Part shown: piece by piece, positions 16,747 through 25,724 of the stretch
Numbering within the stretch: position 1 is the first letter of the stretch
How the letters are laid out: each line of letters opens with the position of its first letter
DNA from: a virus
Taxonomy: Duplodnaviria > Caudoviricetes
Length of the DNA stretch: 59,718 nt
Reading direction: 5' to 3' (one strand)
Virus record (IMG/VR): IMGVR_UViG_3300011115_000141
Location: 1-59,718 of that record
The notes under the pieces: model-generated
Database searches by the model: none
Seen by the model: the letters and a program-made list of their open reading frames with translations, nothing else
Told to the model about the DNA's origin: nothing
Position numbers and translations under genes: made by a program

Positions 16747-16997
16747 ACAGAGATGACATTATCCGCATGGTTAACAAAGCTGGTGGTGGGCAATTGTCAG
16801 ACCGACAGTTTCAATTGCATGGTTTAGACACAATTACAAATTTTGCCGCCCTTGTCGCTTCTTCCGAGCGTGAGGCGTGTGCAAAGGTGTGTGAGTTGAT
16901 GTGGCACGAATGGTTGGACTCGCCCGAAGAGAATGAACCAAATAAACCTGATGCAGAAGATTGTTACAGGGCTATCCGAGCAAGGAGCAATCCATGA
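16743..16997 (+). CDS. Cassette protein, MNRxDIIR/FAALV/EREAC/AIRAR family, copy 1
   Basis: Shares four motif blocks with 16994-17323. Confidence 0.75.
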   Translation: MNRDDIIRMVNKAGGGQLSDRQFQLHGLDTITNFAALVASSEREACAKVCELMWHEWLDSPEENEPNKPDAEDCYRAIRARSNP

Positions 16998-17323
16998 ACA
17001 GGGAAGACATTATCCGAATAGCGCAAGAGGCGGGGTTGCATATTGCAACCGATGTGAACTGGATGCCTATCATTGGCCTTGAGTACGCAGAGAAGTTTGC
17101 CGCCCTTGTGATTGCCAACCACCCACCGCAGTCATACATGACATGGCAAGAGGGGTACGAGGCAGGCAAGCAGGACGAGCGTGAGGCGTGTGAAGCCCTG
17201 CATGACCACGAAGATGTGCAAGCCCCTGTTGGCAACAGTTCATGGGGTGAGGCGTATCAAGAGGGTTGGGGTCAAGGCACAGCCGCATATCGTGATGCCA
17301 TCCGAGCAAGGGGACAAGCATGA
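16994..17323 (+). CDS. Cassette protein, MNRxDIIR/FAALV/EREAC/AIRAR family, copy 2
   Basis: AAGGAG RBS, ATG 16994; same blocks with different inserts. Confidence 0.75.
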   Translation: MNREDIIRIAQEAGLHIATDVNWMPIIGLEYAEKFAALVIANHPPQSYMTWQEGYEAGKQDEREACEALHDHEDVQAPVGNSSWGEAYQEGWGQGTAAYRDAIRARGQA

Positions 17324-17916
17324 CTAAAGAAGCATTGAAGTTGGCATTGGAGGCGTTGGAAACCCCTTGGAATGCCCCTTATGTTGATGGTTGCGACTTG
17401 GCATTGGGCAAGAAAGTGAAAGCCATCACCGCCATCAAAGAAGCCTTGGCCAACGAAGCCCTAGAAAAAATGGCAGAGAACGCCAGAGAGTTAGGGCTGG
17501 ACTATGAGCCAGAGCAGAAGCCTGTGGCGTGGGTTGACCCAGCAACATTGCATCACCTAAAAATTGGCTTAGAAGGTGTGCATTTGGTGTACGAAACAGA
17601 GATGGTCAACTCTTTGCCTTTGTACGACAAGCCACAATTTGCAAATTCTAAAAATTATTTAGAACGACTGATACGCATTATGGGTACGTTTGACTTGGCA
17701 ACTGGTCATGCAAATAATTTTGATGAACTGCTTGATTCGCTAGAGTCAGAGTTGCGTGATGTGCTTGGGCATTACCGACAACAGCGCACATGGGTTGGGC
17801 TGACGGATGAGGAAGTGAATAGCCTACGGTACAAACGCGATTGGACTGGCCCTTGGACAGACATGACATTTGCCCGAGCCATTGAAGCCGCAATATTGGA
17901 GAAAAACAATGTCTGA
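17320..17916 (+). CDS. Cassette protein, RTWVGLT/AIEA..KEKN family, copy 1
   Basis: PVAW...PLY...QRTWVGLTDEE...FARAIEAAILEKNN. Confidence 0.75.
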   Translation: MTKEALKLALEALETPWNAPYVDGCDLALGKKVKAITAIKEALANEALEKMAENARELGLDYEPEQKPVAWVDPATLHHLKIGLEGVHLVYETEMVNSLPLYDKPQFANSKNYLERLIRIMGTFDLATGHANNFDELLDSLESELRDVLGHYRQQRTWVGLTDEEVNSLRYKRDWTGPWTDMTFARAIEAAILEKNNV

Positions 17917-18112
17917 ACCTAAGCTAAAAGTAGTATTTGAAGAGGGGTGCTTTGATGGGTTTGATGGAACACCTGACGAGCTGGCTGAGATGATCGCTGA
18001 GCTACACCGTATGGCGGCTGACGGAACCATCATGGACAACGCTACACCCTTGGACGACGACCAGATCGAGGAGCTCAACGAGGCTAAGAGCAGACGGGAG
18101 CAGAGGCAATGA
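17909..18112 (+). CDS. Small acidic hypothetical protein
   Basis: ATG 17909 after GGAG in the joint (MSEPKLKVVFEEG...). Confidence 0.65.
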   Translation: MSEPKLKVVFEEGCFDGFDGTPDELAEMIAELHRMAADGTIMDNATPLDDDQIEELNEAKSRREQRQ

Positions 18113-18432
18113 CAGCCGCATACTTTGAAGACCATCCAACAGGCCCTGACAAGGTTATCTTGCGTAAGCCGAAGCATGACTTTGGGGAGCCTTGGTCGCC
18201 CGTGTCGATTGGAGTGGACGTTACCAAAGAGGGCGCTCATGTTGTTGGTATCTACGCTTTGGATAAAGATACCTCGCATATTTTCTACGCCAAACACCAT
18301 CCTGCACCACAGCGCACATGGGTTGGGCTGACGGAAGACGAGGTGTTTGCAGTTAGCAACACTATGCCGTACGGGGATCGTTTTGACTTTGCCGAAGCCA
18401 TTGAAGCCAAACTCAAGGAGAAGAACACATGA
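18109..18432 (+). CDS. Cassette protein, RTWVGLT family, copy 2
   Basis: PQRTWVGLTEDE...FAEAIEAKLKEKNT. Confidence 0.75.
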   Translation: MTAAYFEDHPTGPDKVILRKPKHDFGEPWSPVSIGVDVTKEGAHVVGIYALDKDTSHIFYAKHHPAPQRTWVGLTEDEVFAVSNTMPYGDRFDFAEAIEAKLKEKNT

Positions 18433-18650
18433 ACGTAGGACGCTATTTAAGGGGCGAAGACCGCCATGTTGGTACAGCAAGAACAACACAGTTTCAGCAA
18501 CCACAGCGCACATGGGTTGGGCTGACGGATGAGGAGATTAGCGACTTGTGGTGCAAGGTCAGCAATACCGACTTTGTGACGGCAGACACCCATGTGTTTG
18601 CCAGAGCCATCGAAGCCGCACACGGCATTAAGGAGAAGAACAATGGATAA
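18429..18650 (+). CDS. Cassette protein, RTWVGLT family, copy 3
   Basis: PQRTWVGLTDEE...FARAIEAAHGIKEKNNG. Confidence 0.75.
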   Translation: MNVGRYLRGEDRHVGTARTTQFQQPQRTWVGLTDEEISDLWCKVSNTDFVTADTHVFARAIEAAHGIKEKNNG

Positions 18651-18873
18651 ACCAATAGCATGGTACGACCCAACTAACGGCATGGTCAGCACAGACAAAG
18701 ACAGTCCTTTGTTTACACCGCTTGGTCAGGTATGGCCTTTGTATCCACCGCGCACATGGGTTGGGCTGACGGATGAGGATTTGGGGTTTTTGTTTCCGCA
18801 TGGAAAATCTGTATGGCTTCAAGAAACAGTAAAAATCATTGAAGCCAAACTCAAGGAGAAGAACAATGCTTGA
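18643..18873 (+). CDS. Cassette protein, RTWVGLT family, copy 4
   Basis: ATG 18643; PIAW...PLYPPRTWVGLTDED...IEAKLKEKNNA. Confidence 0.75.
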   Translation: MDKPIAWYDPTNGMVSTDKDSPLFTPLGQVWPLYPPRTWVGLTDEDLGFLFPHGKSVWLQETVKIIEAKLKEKNNA

Positions 18874-19012
18874 TTGGTTAACAAAACATTGGTGCAGTTG
18901 GTTTCATGGCGGCGGTCAGATTAAGCGTGACTGTTACGACCGCATCAACTGGCAGTGTGGTAAATGTGGTCGATGGTGTGATCCGGTGGAACTCAAGGAG
19001 AAGAACACATGA
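18866..19012 (+). CDS. 48-aa Cys/His-rich microprotein (not in ORF track)
   Basis: MLDWLTKHWCSWFHGGGQIKRDCYDRINWQCGKCGRWCDPVELKEKNT; starts and ends in the joint repeat. Confidence 0.65.
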   Translation: MLDWLTKHWCSWFHGGGQIKRDCYDRINWQCGKCGRWCDPVELKEKNT

Positions 19013-19197
19013 AATACTCACAATCCAAACCGCTTGTGGAAGAGTTGATGAACCTTGCAATACTGTTTCATGGAAGCCCAACCATGTTGCGTACCAAGAT
19101 ATATGACGCAATTGACAAGTATATTCCCGACCTTGACCCCGCTTGCATGGAGCGTGGTTGTACCTGTATTGATGACTACAAGGAGAAGAACAGTTGA
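19009..19197 (+). CDS. Small hypothetical protein ending in the KEKN joint
   Basis: RBS supplied by the joint; ends YKEKNS. Confidence 0.65.
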   Translation: MKYSQSKPLVEELMNLAILFHGSPTMLRTKIYDAIDKYIPDLDPACMERGCTCIDDYKEKNS

Positions 19198-21164
19198 CCA
19201 AACCATACGACACGATCTTAACGATCGACTTCGAAACCTACTGGGACACCAAGGAAGGTTACACACTTAGCAAGATGACAACTGAGGAGTACATACGCCA
19301 TGACTTATTTCACGCGTTTGGATGCTGCGTTCATGAGTACGGATCTGACAGCCCAATTACTTGGGTTAGAGGAGATGGACTACGTGAATACTTTTCTGGA
19401 ATCGACTGGGGACGAACCGCAGTGCTTGCGCACAACGCACAGTTCGATGTATCAATTATGGAATGGGTGTATGGCGTACACCCCGCCTTCATCTTCGACA
19501 CCCTATCAATGGCGCGAGCTCTCAGAGGCGTTGAGGTTGGCAACAGTCTCGCCAAACTTGCAGACGCTTTTGGTCTTCCCGCCAAAGGGACAGCCGTACA
19601 CAGCACCAATGGTGTGGCCGAGTTGGACGAGGTCTTGGAATCTGAGCTTGCAGACTATTGCAAACACGACGTATATCTATGCGAACGAATCTTTGATCGC
19701 TTGGTCAAAGGATACCCCAGCAAAGAGCTAAGACTCATCGACATGACGCTGAAAATGTACACACGCCCAGTGTTGCAGCTTGACGCCCTCATGCTACATA
19801 ACGCAATCGAAAAGGAGAAAGAAGATCGTGACGCACTACTACAGAAACTCGGCGTGGAAGAGACTGCGCTGGCATCGAACCCGAAGTTTGCTGCACTACT
19901 TGAGAAACTCAATGTTGTTCCGCCAACCAAGGTTAGTAAGACGACTGGGAAGCAAGCGCTTGCCCTCGCTAAAAATGATGCCCTATTTCAAACGCTTCTC
20001 AACGGTGAACGTGAAGACGTTGCCCTACTTTGTGAGGCGCGTCTTCGGGTTAAGTCAACCACCGAGAGAACCAGAGCACAGCGGTTTCTGGACATCAGCC
20101 AACGCGGTGCACTCCCAGTACCTCTCTCGTACTACGGTGCGCAAACTGGTCGTTGGACAGCCGCCAAAGGCTCGGCCATTAACATGCAGAACCTCAAGCG
20201 AGGCTCGTTCCTACGCAAAGCAATTATGGCTCCCGAAGGCTACCAACTCGTCGTCGGTGATCTCTCGCAGATTGAGCCACGAGTACTTGCATGGCTTTCA
20301 GATTACCAAGACATGCTTACGATATTCAGGGGTGGGGGTGACCCTTACGCCGCGTTCGGATCGCAGATGTTTAACATTCCCGGACTCAGTAAGGAGACTC
20401 ACCCAGATCTTCGGCAGTCAGCGAAGAGCGCACTCCTTGGCTGCGGATACGGTCTTGGTTGGGCGGCTTTTGCGTCTCAACTTCTCGTGGGATTCCTCGG
20501 GGCACCGCCCGTTCGGTATGAGAAAGATTTTGCAAAGAAGCTAGGCGTGGATGGCAAGTACATCGACAAGTTCCTTGAGTGGGATGACAACTACGTCAAG
20601 ATGATGGAGATCCCACATACTTGCACGGATCAGGAGCTACTCATTCACTGCGTAGCGTCCAAGAAGATCATCGACAAGTACAGGGCTACAGCGCACCCCG
20701 TTGTGAGCTTCTGGGACATGTGCTCTGGCCTCATACAAACATCGCTTGCAGACGGCAAAGAGTTCGTGTATAAATGTATTACCTTCAAAAAGGGTGAGAT
20801 AGTTCTGCCAAACGGCATGAGTTTGCTCTACCCAGACCTGCGCCAAGAGAAGGACGAGAAAGGTAGGAGCCAGTGGATATACGGGCCAGACGCTACCAAA
20901 CTTTACGCAGGCAAGATCACGAACAATGTGGTGCAGGGCACTGCGCGTATTGTGATGACGGACGGGATGCTACGAACTGCAAAGAGATACTTTGTGGCTG
21001 GAACGGTACATGACGAGCAGATCGTTGTTGTGCCGGAAGCTGAAGTGGAGGAAGCTAAGACTTGGGTCTTGGCTCAGATGACTATGGAGCCGAGCTACAT
21101 GCCCGGTATTCCACTAGACGCTGACGGTGGTGCGCATCGTCGTTATGGATTAGCAAAAAACTAA
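19194..21164 (+). CDS. polA: Family A DNA polymerase with 3'-5' exonuclease (Leu762 type)
   Basis: ExoI IDFET, ExoII AHNAQFD, ExoIII YCKHD; motif A GDLSQIEPR, motif B RQSAKSALLGCGYG, motif C TVHDE; TTG start. Confidence 0.95.
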   Translation: MTKPYDTILTIDFETYWDTKEGYTLSKMTTEEYIRHDLFHAFGCCVHEYGSDSPITWVRGDGLREYFSGIDWGRTAVLAHNAQFDVSIMEWVYGVHPAFIFDTLSMARALRGVEVGNSLAKLADAFGLPAKGTAVHSTNGVAELDEVLESELADYCKHDVYLCERIFDRLVKGYPSKELRLIDMTLKMYTRPVLQLDALMLHNAIEKEKEDRDALLQKLGVEETALASNPKFAALLEKLNVVPPTKVSKTTGKQALALAKNDALFQTLLNGEREDVALLCEARLRVKSTTERTRAQRFLDISQRGALPVPLSYYGAQTGRWTAAKGSAINMQNLKRGSFLRKAIMAPEGYQLVVGDLSQIEPRVLAWLSDYQDMLTIFRGGGDPYAAFGSQMFNIPGLSKETHPDLRQSAKSALLGCGYGLGWAAFASQLLVGFLGAPPVRYEKDFAKKLGVDGKYIDKFLEWDDNYVKMMEIPHTCTDQELLIHCVASKKIIDKYRATAHPVVSFWDMCSGLIQTSLADGKEFVYKCITFKKGEIVLPNGMSLLYPDLRQEKDEKGRSQWIYGPDATKLYAGKITNNVVQGTARIVMTDGMLRTAKRYFVAGTVHDEQIVVVPEAEVEEAKTWVLAQMTMEPSYMPGIPLDADGGAHRRYGLAKN

Positions 21165-21175
21165 AAGGAGAAAGT

Positions 21176-21484
21176 ATGAAGTTACCAACGCGTATGCGTG
21201 TGGGCAGGAAATGGTACAGCGTGGAGGTGGTAGAAGCCATGCTTCATCGCCGAGATATGGGGCGCACGTTCTACCCAGAGCAGTGCATCCGGCTTGGCAA
21301 GACAAGCAACATCACGGGGCGTAGGTTCAGCAAGGATGAGTTGGCTGACACGTTCTGGCATGAGGTTGTCCACGCCATACTGGAGGACATGGGGCAGTAT
21401 GAACTCAATAAAAACGAGGCGTTTGTCACACAGTTTGCCAACCGATTAACTGTAGCAATAAAGACTGCGAAGTTTGATGACTAA
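21176..21484 (+). CDS. Small HExxH metallopeptidase-like protein
   Basis: TFWHEVVHAIL...NE motif. Confidence 0.6.
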   Translation: MKLPTRMRVGRKWYSVEVVEAMLHRRDMGRTFYPEQCIRLGKTSNITGRRFSKDELADTFWHEVVHAILEDMGQYELNKNEAFVTQFANRLTVAIKTAKFDD

Positions 21485-22145
21485 ACCAATTACATGGAGC
21501 CACTCATCCCTCAAGGATTACGAGGGCTGCGCCCGTAGGTATCACGAAGTAAAGGTCTTGAAGAACTACAAGTTCCAAGAGACTGAAGCGACGCGCTACG
21601 GCACGGTACTGCACGAAGCCGCAGAGTTGTACATCAAAGAGGGTAAGCCTATCCCCAAAGAGTTTGAGTACATCAAGGACACACTCGATGCCCTGAACGT
21701 CAAGCCCGGAAGAAAGCTGTGCGAGCACAAGATGGGGCTGACTGTTGACTTGCAACCCTGTGAGTTTCTTGGCAAGGATGTGTGGCTTCGCGGTATTGCT
21801 GACTTGCTTATCGTTGACGATGAGAACTTAACTTGTTGGGTTGTGGACTACAAGACCGGCAACAACAAGTACCCAGATCGGGAGCAACTTAAACTGATGG
21901 CGCTCATGGTGTTCGCCCACTTCCCACACATCCGAAAGGTCAACGCAGCTTTGCTGTTCGTGGTCAAGGATGACATGGTTAGGGCGTCATACACGATTGA
22001 CCAAGCCGAAGCTGAGTGGTGGCAGTATCGCCAACGCGTGGCTAGGATTGAGCAAGCGCATGCAACAGGCGTATGGAACCCAAGACCCTCACCACTGTGT
22101 CCTTGGTGTCCCGTTACAACCTGCGAAAACCACCCAAAACATTAA
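21477..22145 (+). CDS. PD-(D/E)XK exonuclease (RecB/Cas4-like)
   Basis: SHSSL...C, GTVLH, GIADL, VVDYKTG, QLKL and C-terminal CPWCPVTTC. Confidence 0.85.
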   Translation: MTKPITWSHSSLKDYEGCARRYHEVKVLKNYKFQETEATRYGTVLHEAAELYIKEGKPIPKEFEYIKDTLDALNVKPGRKLCEHKMGLTVDLQPCEFLGKDVWLRGIADLLIVDDENLTCWVVDYKTGNNKYPDREQLKLMALMVFAHFPHIRKVNAALLFVVKDDMVRASYTIDQAEAEWWQYRQRVARIEQAHATGVWNPRPSPLCPWCPVTTCENHPKH

Positions 22146-22155
22146 GGAGAAAACT

Positions 22156-22443
22156 ATGAACGTATATGACATCGACATCGTGACAGACTCAGACGAAGGC
22201 CGCACAGTCAATGTGTGGACACTCAACGCCAACAACATGGCCGAAGCATTGCTTGATGCGTTTGAGAAGAATAAGAACTCACTCAAGAGCGTTACAGAAG
22301 GCGCTGTCATGGTGACAATCATTAAAAAGTTTTCAAAGCAAGCAGAAATTTCCCACTTTGAAGCGCAAAATAAAGTACGTCTAATGGTTGCTGAAACTGA
22401 GCAGTCCATCATGGATTTAATTAAACCCCCTGTTAAACATTAG
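22156..22443 (+). CDS. Hypothetical protein
   Basis: AAGGAG RBS before ATG 22156. Confidence 0.6.
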   Translation: MNVYDIDIVTDSDEGRTVNVWTLNANNMAEALLDAFEKNKNSLKSVTEGAVMVTIIKKFSKQAEISHFEAQNKVRLMVAETEQSIMDLIKPPVKH

Positions 22444-22451
22444 GAGCAATC

Positions 22452-22685
22452 ATGGCTACACGCAACTACCGCAGTGAGTACGACAACTACCAAGGTACAC
22501 CCGAGCAGATCAAGAAACGCGCAGGCCGAGTCAAGGCTAGGCGCATGATGGAGAAGACGGGTGCAGCCACCAAGGGTGATGGCAAAGATGTGGATCACAT
22601 CAAGCCTATGCGCTCGGGCGGTACGTCAGCGAAGGGCAACCTTCGTATGCGAAGTAAGTCAGCGAACAGATCAGACAATAAATAA
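22452..22685 (+). CDS. Small HNH-family nuclease
   Basis: DVDHIKP..SGG....NL.......N motif. Confidence 0.75.
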   Translation: MATRNYRSEYDNYQGTPEQIKKRAGRVKARRMMEKTGAATKGDGKDVDHIKPMRSGGTSAKGNLRMRSKSANRSDNK

Positions 22686-22696
22686 ACGGAGAAAGC

Positions 22697-24256
22697 ATGG
22701 AAATTATCGAGGACAAAGCACTTGTCTTTCGCACCCGCAACCCACAAAAGTATCAAGTAATACCGAAGCATAAAATCATTGAACGTGTGGATGGCGGCTT
22801 CGATGTCGCTGTCTATTGGGGTCTTGACGAATGTCGGGTACTGCGTAACTTGGGTGTGAAAAACATTCAATCGCCTATCACTAGACGATACAACTGGCCG
22901 GGGAAATACAAACCCATGGCGCATCAGATTGACACCTCGTCTTTCTTAACACTCCATCGCAAAGCCTTTGTGTTTAGCGAGCCGGGCACTGGCAAGACGC
23001 TCTCAGCATTGTGGGCGGCTGACTACCTGATGCAACGCGGTGAAGTCAAGCGCTGTCTGATTCTGTGTCCTTTGTCGATCATGCAGTCTGCATGGCTTGG
23101 CGATCTGAACAACAGCATCATCCATCGCTCTGCCATCGTCGCGCACCACGCGCAGGCTAGTCGCCGTATCGAGATGGTTCAGCAAGATTACGAATTTGTA
23201 ATTGCAAATTACGATGGCCTTAACTTGATTGCTGACGAGATCAATAACGATGGGCGCTTTGATCTAATCATTGTTGACGAGGCTAACGCCTACAAGACCA
23301 TGACGACTAAGCGTTGGAAGACTCTGAAGTCCATCATCAAGCCCAACACATTCCTGTGGATGATGACGGGTACACCCGCATCGCAGTCCCCTGCGGATGC
23401 GTACGGCTTGGCCAAGTTGGTTAACCCCGATGGTGTACCCAAGTTCTTCACTGCGTGGCGCGATCAGGTCATGCACAAGATCACGATGTTTAAGTGGGCG
23501 GCTAAGCCCAACGCCCCTGAGTTAGTACACCAAGCACTGCAGCCAGCCATTCGCTTTACCAAAGAGATGTGCCTTGACCTACCGCCTGTCATTACCATGA
23601 CGCGAGAAGTACCACTGACGCCACAGCAAGCCAAGTACTACAACCTGCTCAAAGACAAGATGATGGTGTATGCGGCAGGCGAGACGATCAGTGCAGTCAA
23701 TGCCGCCGCCGGTGTATCCAAGCTATTGCAGATCAGTTGTGGTGCGGCCTACACCGACGACAAAGAAGTTGTGGAGTTTGACTCAGCACCTCGCCTTGGT
23801 GTGCTTGAGGAAATCTTGGAGGAGACGACACGCAAGGTCATCATCTTCGCCTTGTTTCGAAGCACCATCGACAGTATCCACAATCATCTCTTGAAGAAAG
23901 GCATTGCCAACGAGTGCATCCATGGTAGTGTGACGCCGCCAAAACGCGCAGACATTATCCGGCGCTTTCAAAACGAAGCTGAGCCTCGCGTGTTGGTGAT
24001 GCAACCGCAAGCTACTGCGCACGGGATTACCCTAACTGCCGCTGACACAGTGGTGTTCTATGGGCCACTCATGAGCGTGGAGCAATACGTGCAGTGCATA
24101 GCACGAGCAGATCGCAAAGGTCAAGACTCTGACAAGGTTACTGTAATACACATTCAGGGTAGCCCAATCGAGAAGAAGATGTTTAAAGCATTAGAAGCCA
24201 AGGTAAGTGATAACTCTTTACTTACTGAGATGTTCGACACAGAAATAAATTCATGA
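22697..24256 (+). CDS. SNF2-family (SF2) helicase
   Basis: EPGTGKT, IVDEA, MTGTP, HGITLT, QCIARADRKGQ. Confidence 0.9.
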   Translation: MEIIEDKALVFRTRNPQKYQVIPKHKIIERVDGGFDVAVYWGLDECRVLRNLGVKNIQSPITRRYNWPGKYKPMAHQIDTSSFLTLHRKAFVFSEPGTGKTLSALWAADYLMQRGEVKRCLILCPLSIMQSAWLGDLNNSIIHRSAIVAHHAQASRRIEMVQQDYEFVIANYDGLNLIADEINNDGRFDLIIVDEANAYKTMTTKRWKTLKSIIKPNTFLWMMTGTPASQSPADAYGLAKLVNPDGVPKFFTAWRDQVMHKITMFKWAAKPNAPELVHQALQPAIRFTKEMCLDLPPVITMTREVPLTPQQAKYYNLLKDKMMVYAAGETISAVNAAAGVSKLLQISCGAAYTDDKEVVEFDSAPRLGVLEEILEETTRKVIIFALFRSTIDSIHNHLLKKGIANECIHGSVTPPKRADIIRRFQNEAEPRVLVMQPQATAHGITLTAADTVVFYGPLMSVEQYVQCIARADRKGQDSDKVTVIHIQGSPIEKKMFKALEAKVSDNSLLTEMFDTEINS

Positions 24257-24263
24257 AAGGGGG

Positions 24264-24306
24264 TTGCAACACGATCAAAACTATGTAAACTGTCAAACCT
24301 TAGACA
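24264..24306 (+). promoter_or_regulatory. sigma70-like promoter overlapped by operator B, copy 3
   Basis: TTGCAA (24264-24269), 16-bp spacer, TAAACT (24286-24291); TGTCAAACCTTAGACA at 24291-24306 covers the start site. Confidence 0.55.
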
Positions 24307-24330
24307 AAAACAAACACAGGAGAAAGCACA

Positions 24331-24744
24331 ATGTCTGAAGAAACCCAAGAGCCAGTACCTCTGGACAGGCTTGCAAAAATCTATCGCAAAATCAAGGAGC
24401 GCATCGACCGCTTGACGCAGGAGTACGACACTGAGATCGAGACTCTGAAGGCACAGCAAGATGAAGTTCGCTTTGCGATGAAAGACCAGATGAAGTCCAT
24501 GGGCGTCAAGTCCGTGCAGACTTCCTTTGGAACTGTGTCAATGGTGACCAAGACGCGTTACAACACGCAGGACTGGGACTCATTCAAAAAGTTTATTCTT
24601 GAGAATGAAGTCGTGGACTTGCTGGAGAAACGCATCGCGCAAACCAACATGGCACGGTACCTCGAAGAGAACCCGGGCTCTCTCCCGCCGGGCTTGAACT
24701 CTGTAACGGAGTTTGAGATTCGCGTAACTAAACCAACCAAGTAA
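24331..24744 (+). CDS. Coiled-coil recombination-associated protein (Gam/Gp157-like)
   Basis: N-terminal coiled coil, SVQTSFGTV, DWDSF, LPPGL; lies next to the SSB-like gene. Confidence 0.5.
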   Translation: MSEETQEPVPLDRLAKIYRKIKERIDRLTQEYDTEIETLKAQQDEVRFAMKDQMKSMGVKSVQTSFGTVSMVTKTRYNTQDWDSFKKFILENEVVDLLEKRIAQTNMARYLEENPGSLPPGLNSVTEFEIRVTKPTK

Positions 24745-24751
24745 ATTTATC

Positions 24752-25717
24752 ATGACTAATATCGCACTATTTAACCCCTCCAATGTTCCCTCATTCGCAC
24801 GCAACAACGAGTTGTCTGACACAGCCAAAGCCCTGACAGGCGGTGGCGTAGGCACTAGCACCAAGCGCATCTCCATCAAAGGCGGTGTGTTCCGGTTGCT
24901 GGCCGGTGGTAAAGAGATCGCTTCTATTGACGAGCGCTTCTTGGATGTCATCATCGTCAAGGCTGCCCCCAAGGTCAGCCGTATCTTCTACGCTAAGTCT
25001 TATGACGGTGACAACATCACTGGCCCTGACTGCTGGAGCAACGATGGTGAGCGTCCAGACGCATCCGCTGAGAACAAGCAAGGTACTACCTGCATGTCCT
25101 GCCCTCAGAACATCGCAGGTTCTGGCCAAGGCAACAGCCGTGCTTGCCGCTACCAACAACGCTTGGCTGTGGTGCTTGAGAACAACATTGAAGGCGACAT
25201 ACTGCAGTTGACTTTGCCAGCCACTTCGGTGTTTGGCAAGGAAGACGGAGACAAGCGCCCATTGCAAGCCTTTGCTCGCAACTTGGCTATGCAGAACCCA
25301 CCCATCAGCCCCGAGATGATTGTGACTCGCATGAAGTTCGACACGAAAGCAGAAGCGCCCAAGTTGCACTTCGCGCCTAGCCGTTGGCTGACTGACGAGG
25401 AGTACGCAATCGTTAAGACGCAAGGCGACAGCGATGAAGCCAAGCGTGCAGTTGTGATGACTGTTGCCGCCGCTGATGGTGTAAAGCCTACGCCTAAGTT
25501 GGCCATCGAAGGCAAGCGCCCCATGGGTGAGTTGACCAAGGAAGAGGACGCTCCAGCATACGAGCCCATCGCGGCCAAGGCAAAAGCGAAAGCCAAGCCT
25601 GCCGAGGTGGAGGAAGATGCTGAACCCGAAGTCCGCAAGGAAGCTTCTAAGCCGTCTGCTGTGCCTGCCAAGAAAGGCAAGCTTGCTGACATCGTGTCCG
25701 ATTGGGACGATGAGTAA
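24752..25717 (+). CDS. Putative single-stranded DNA-binding protein
   Basis: Replication-module position; Cys cluster CWS...CMSCP...C; flexible K/A/E tail ending in acidic DWDDE. Confidence 0.55.
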   Translation: MTNIALFNPSNVPSFARNNELSDTAKALTGGGVGTSTKRISIKGGVFRLLAGGKEIASIDERFLDVIIVKAAPKVSRIFYAKSYDGDNITGPDCWSNDGERPDASAENKQGTTCMSCPQNIAGSGQGNSRACRYQQRLAVVLENNIEGDILQLTLPATSVFGKEDGDKRPLQAFARNLAMQNPPISPEMIVTRMKFDTKAEAPKLHFAPSRWLTDEEYAIVKTQGDSDEAKRAVVMTVAAADGVKPTPKLAIEGKRPMGELTKEEDAPAYEPIAAKAKAKAKPAEVEEDAEPEVRKEASKPSAVPAKKGKLADIVSDWDDE

Positions 25718-25724
25718 TTGAATC

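Larger units (their letters stand above)
17784..19197 (+). repeat. Interspersed conserved DNA joints of the cassette array
   Basis: Identical 24-mer GCGCACATGGGTTGGGCTGACGGA at 17784, 18312, 18506 and 18750. The end/RBS joint (ATTGAAGCCAAACTC)AAGGAGAAGAACA occurs, fully or partly, at about 17869-17916, 18388-18432, 18597-18650, 18837-18873, 18990-19012 and 19179-19197. Confidence 0.9.

Noticed and set aside
17784-19197. CRISPR array
   Set aside because: The repeats are in-frame coding segments with irregular spacing of about 190-530 bp, and there is no cas operon.
21477-22145. CRISPR-associated cas4
   Set aside because: It is a stand-alone PD-(D/E)XK nuclease in a standard phage replication module, with no cas1/cas2 or array.
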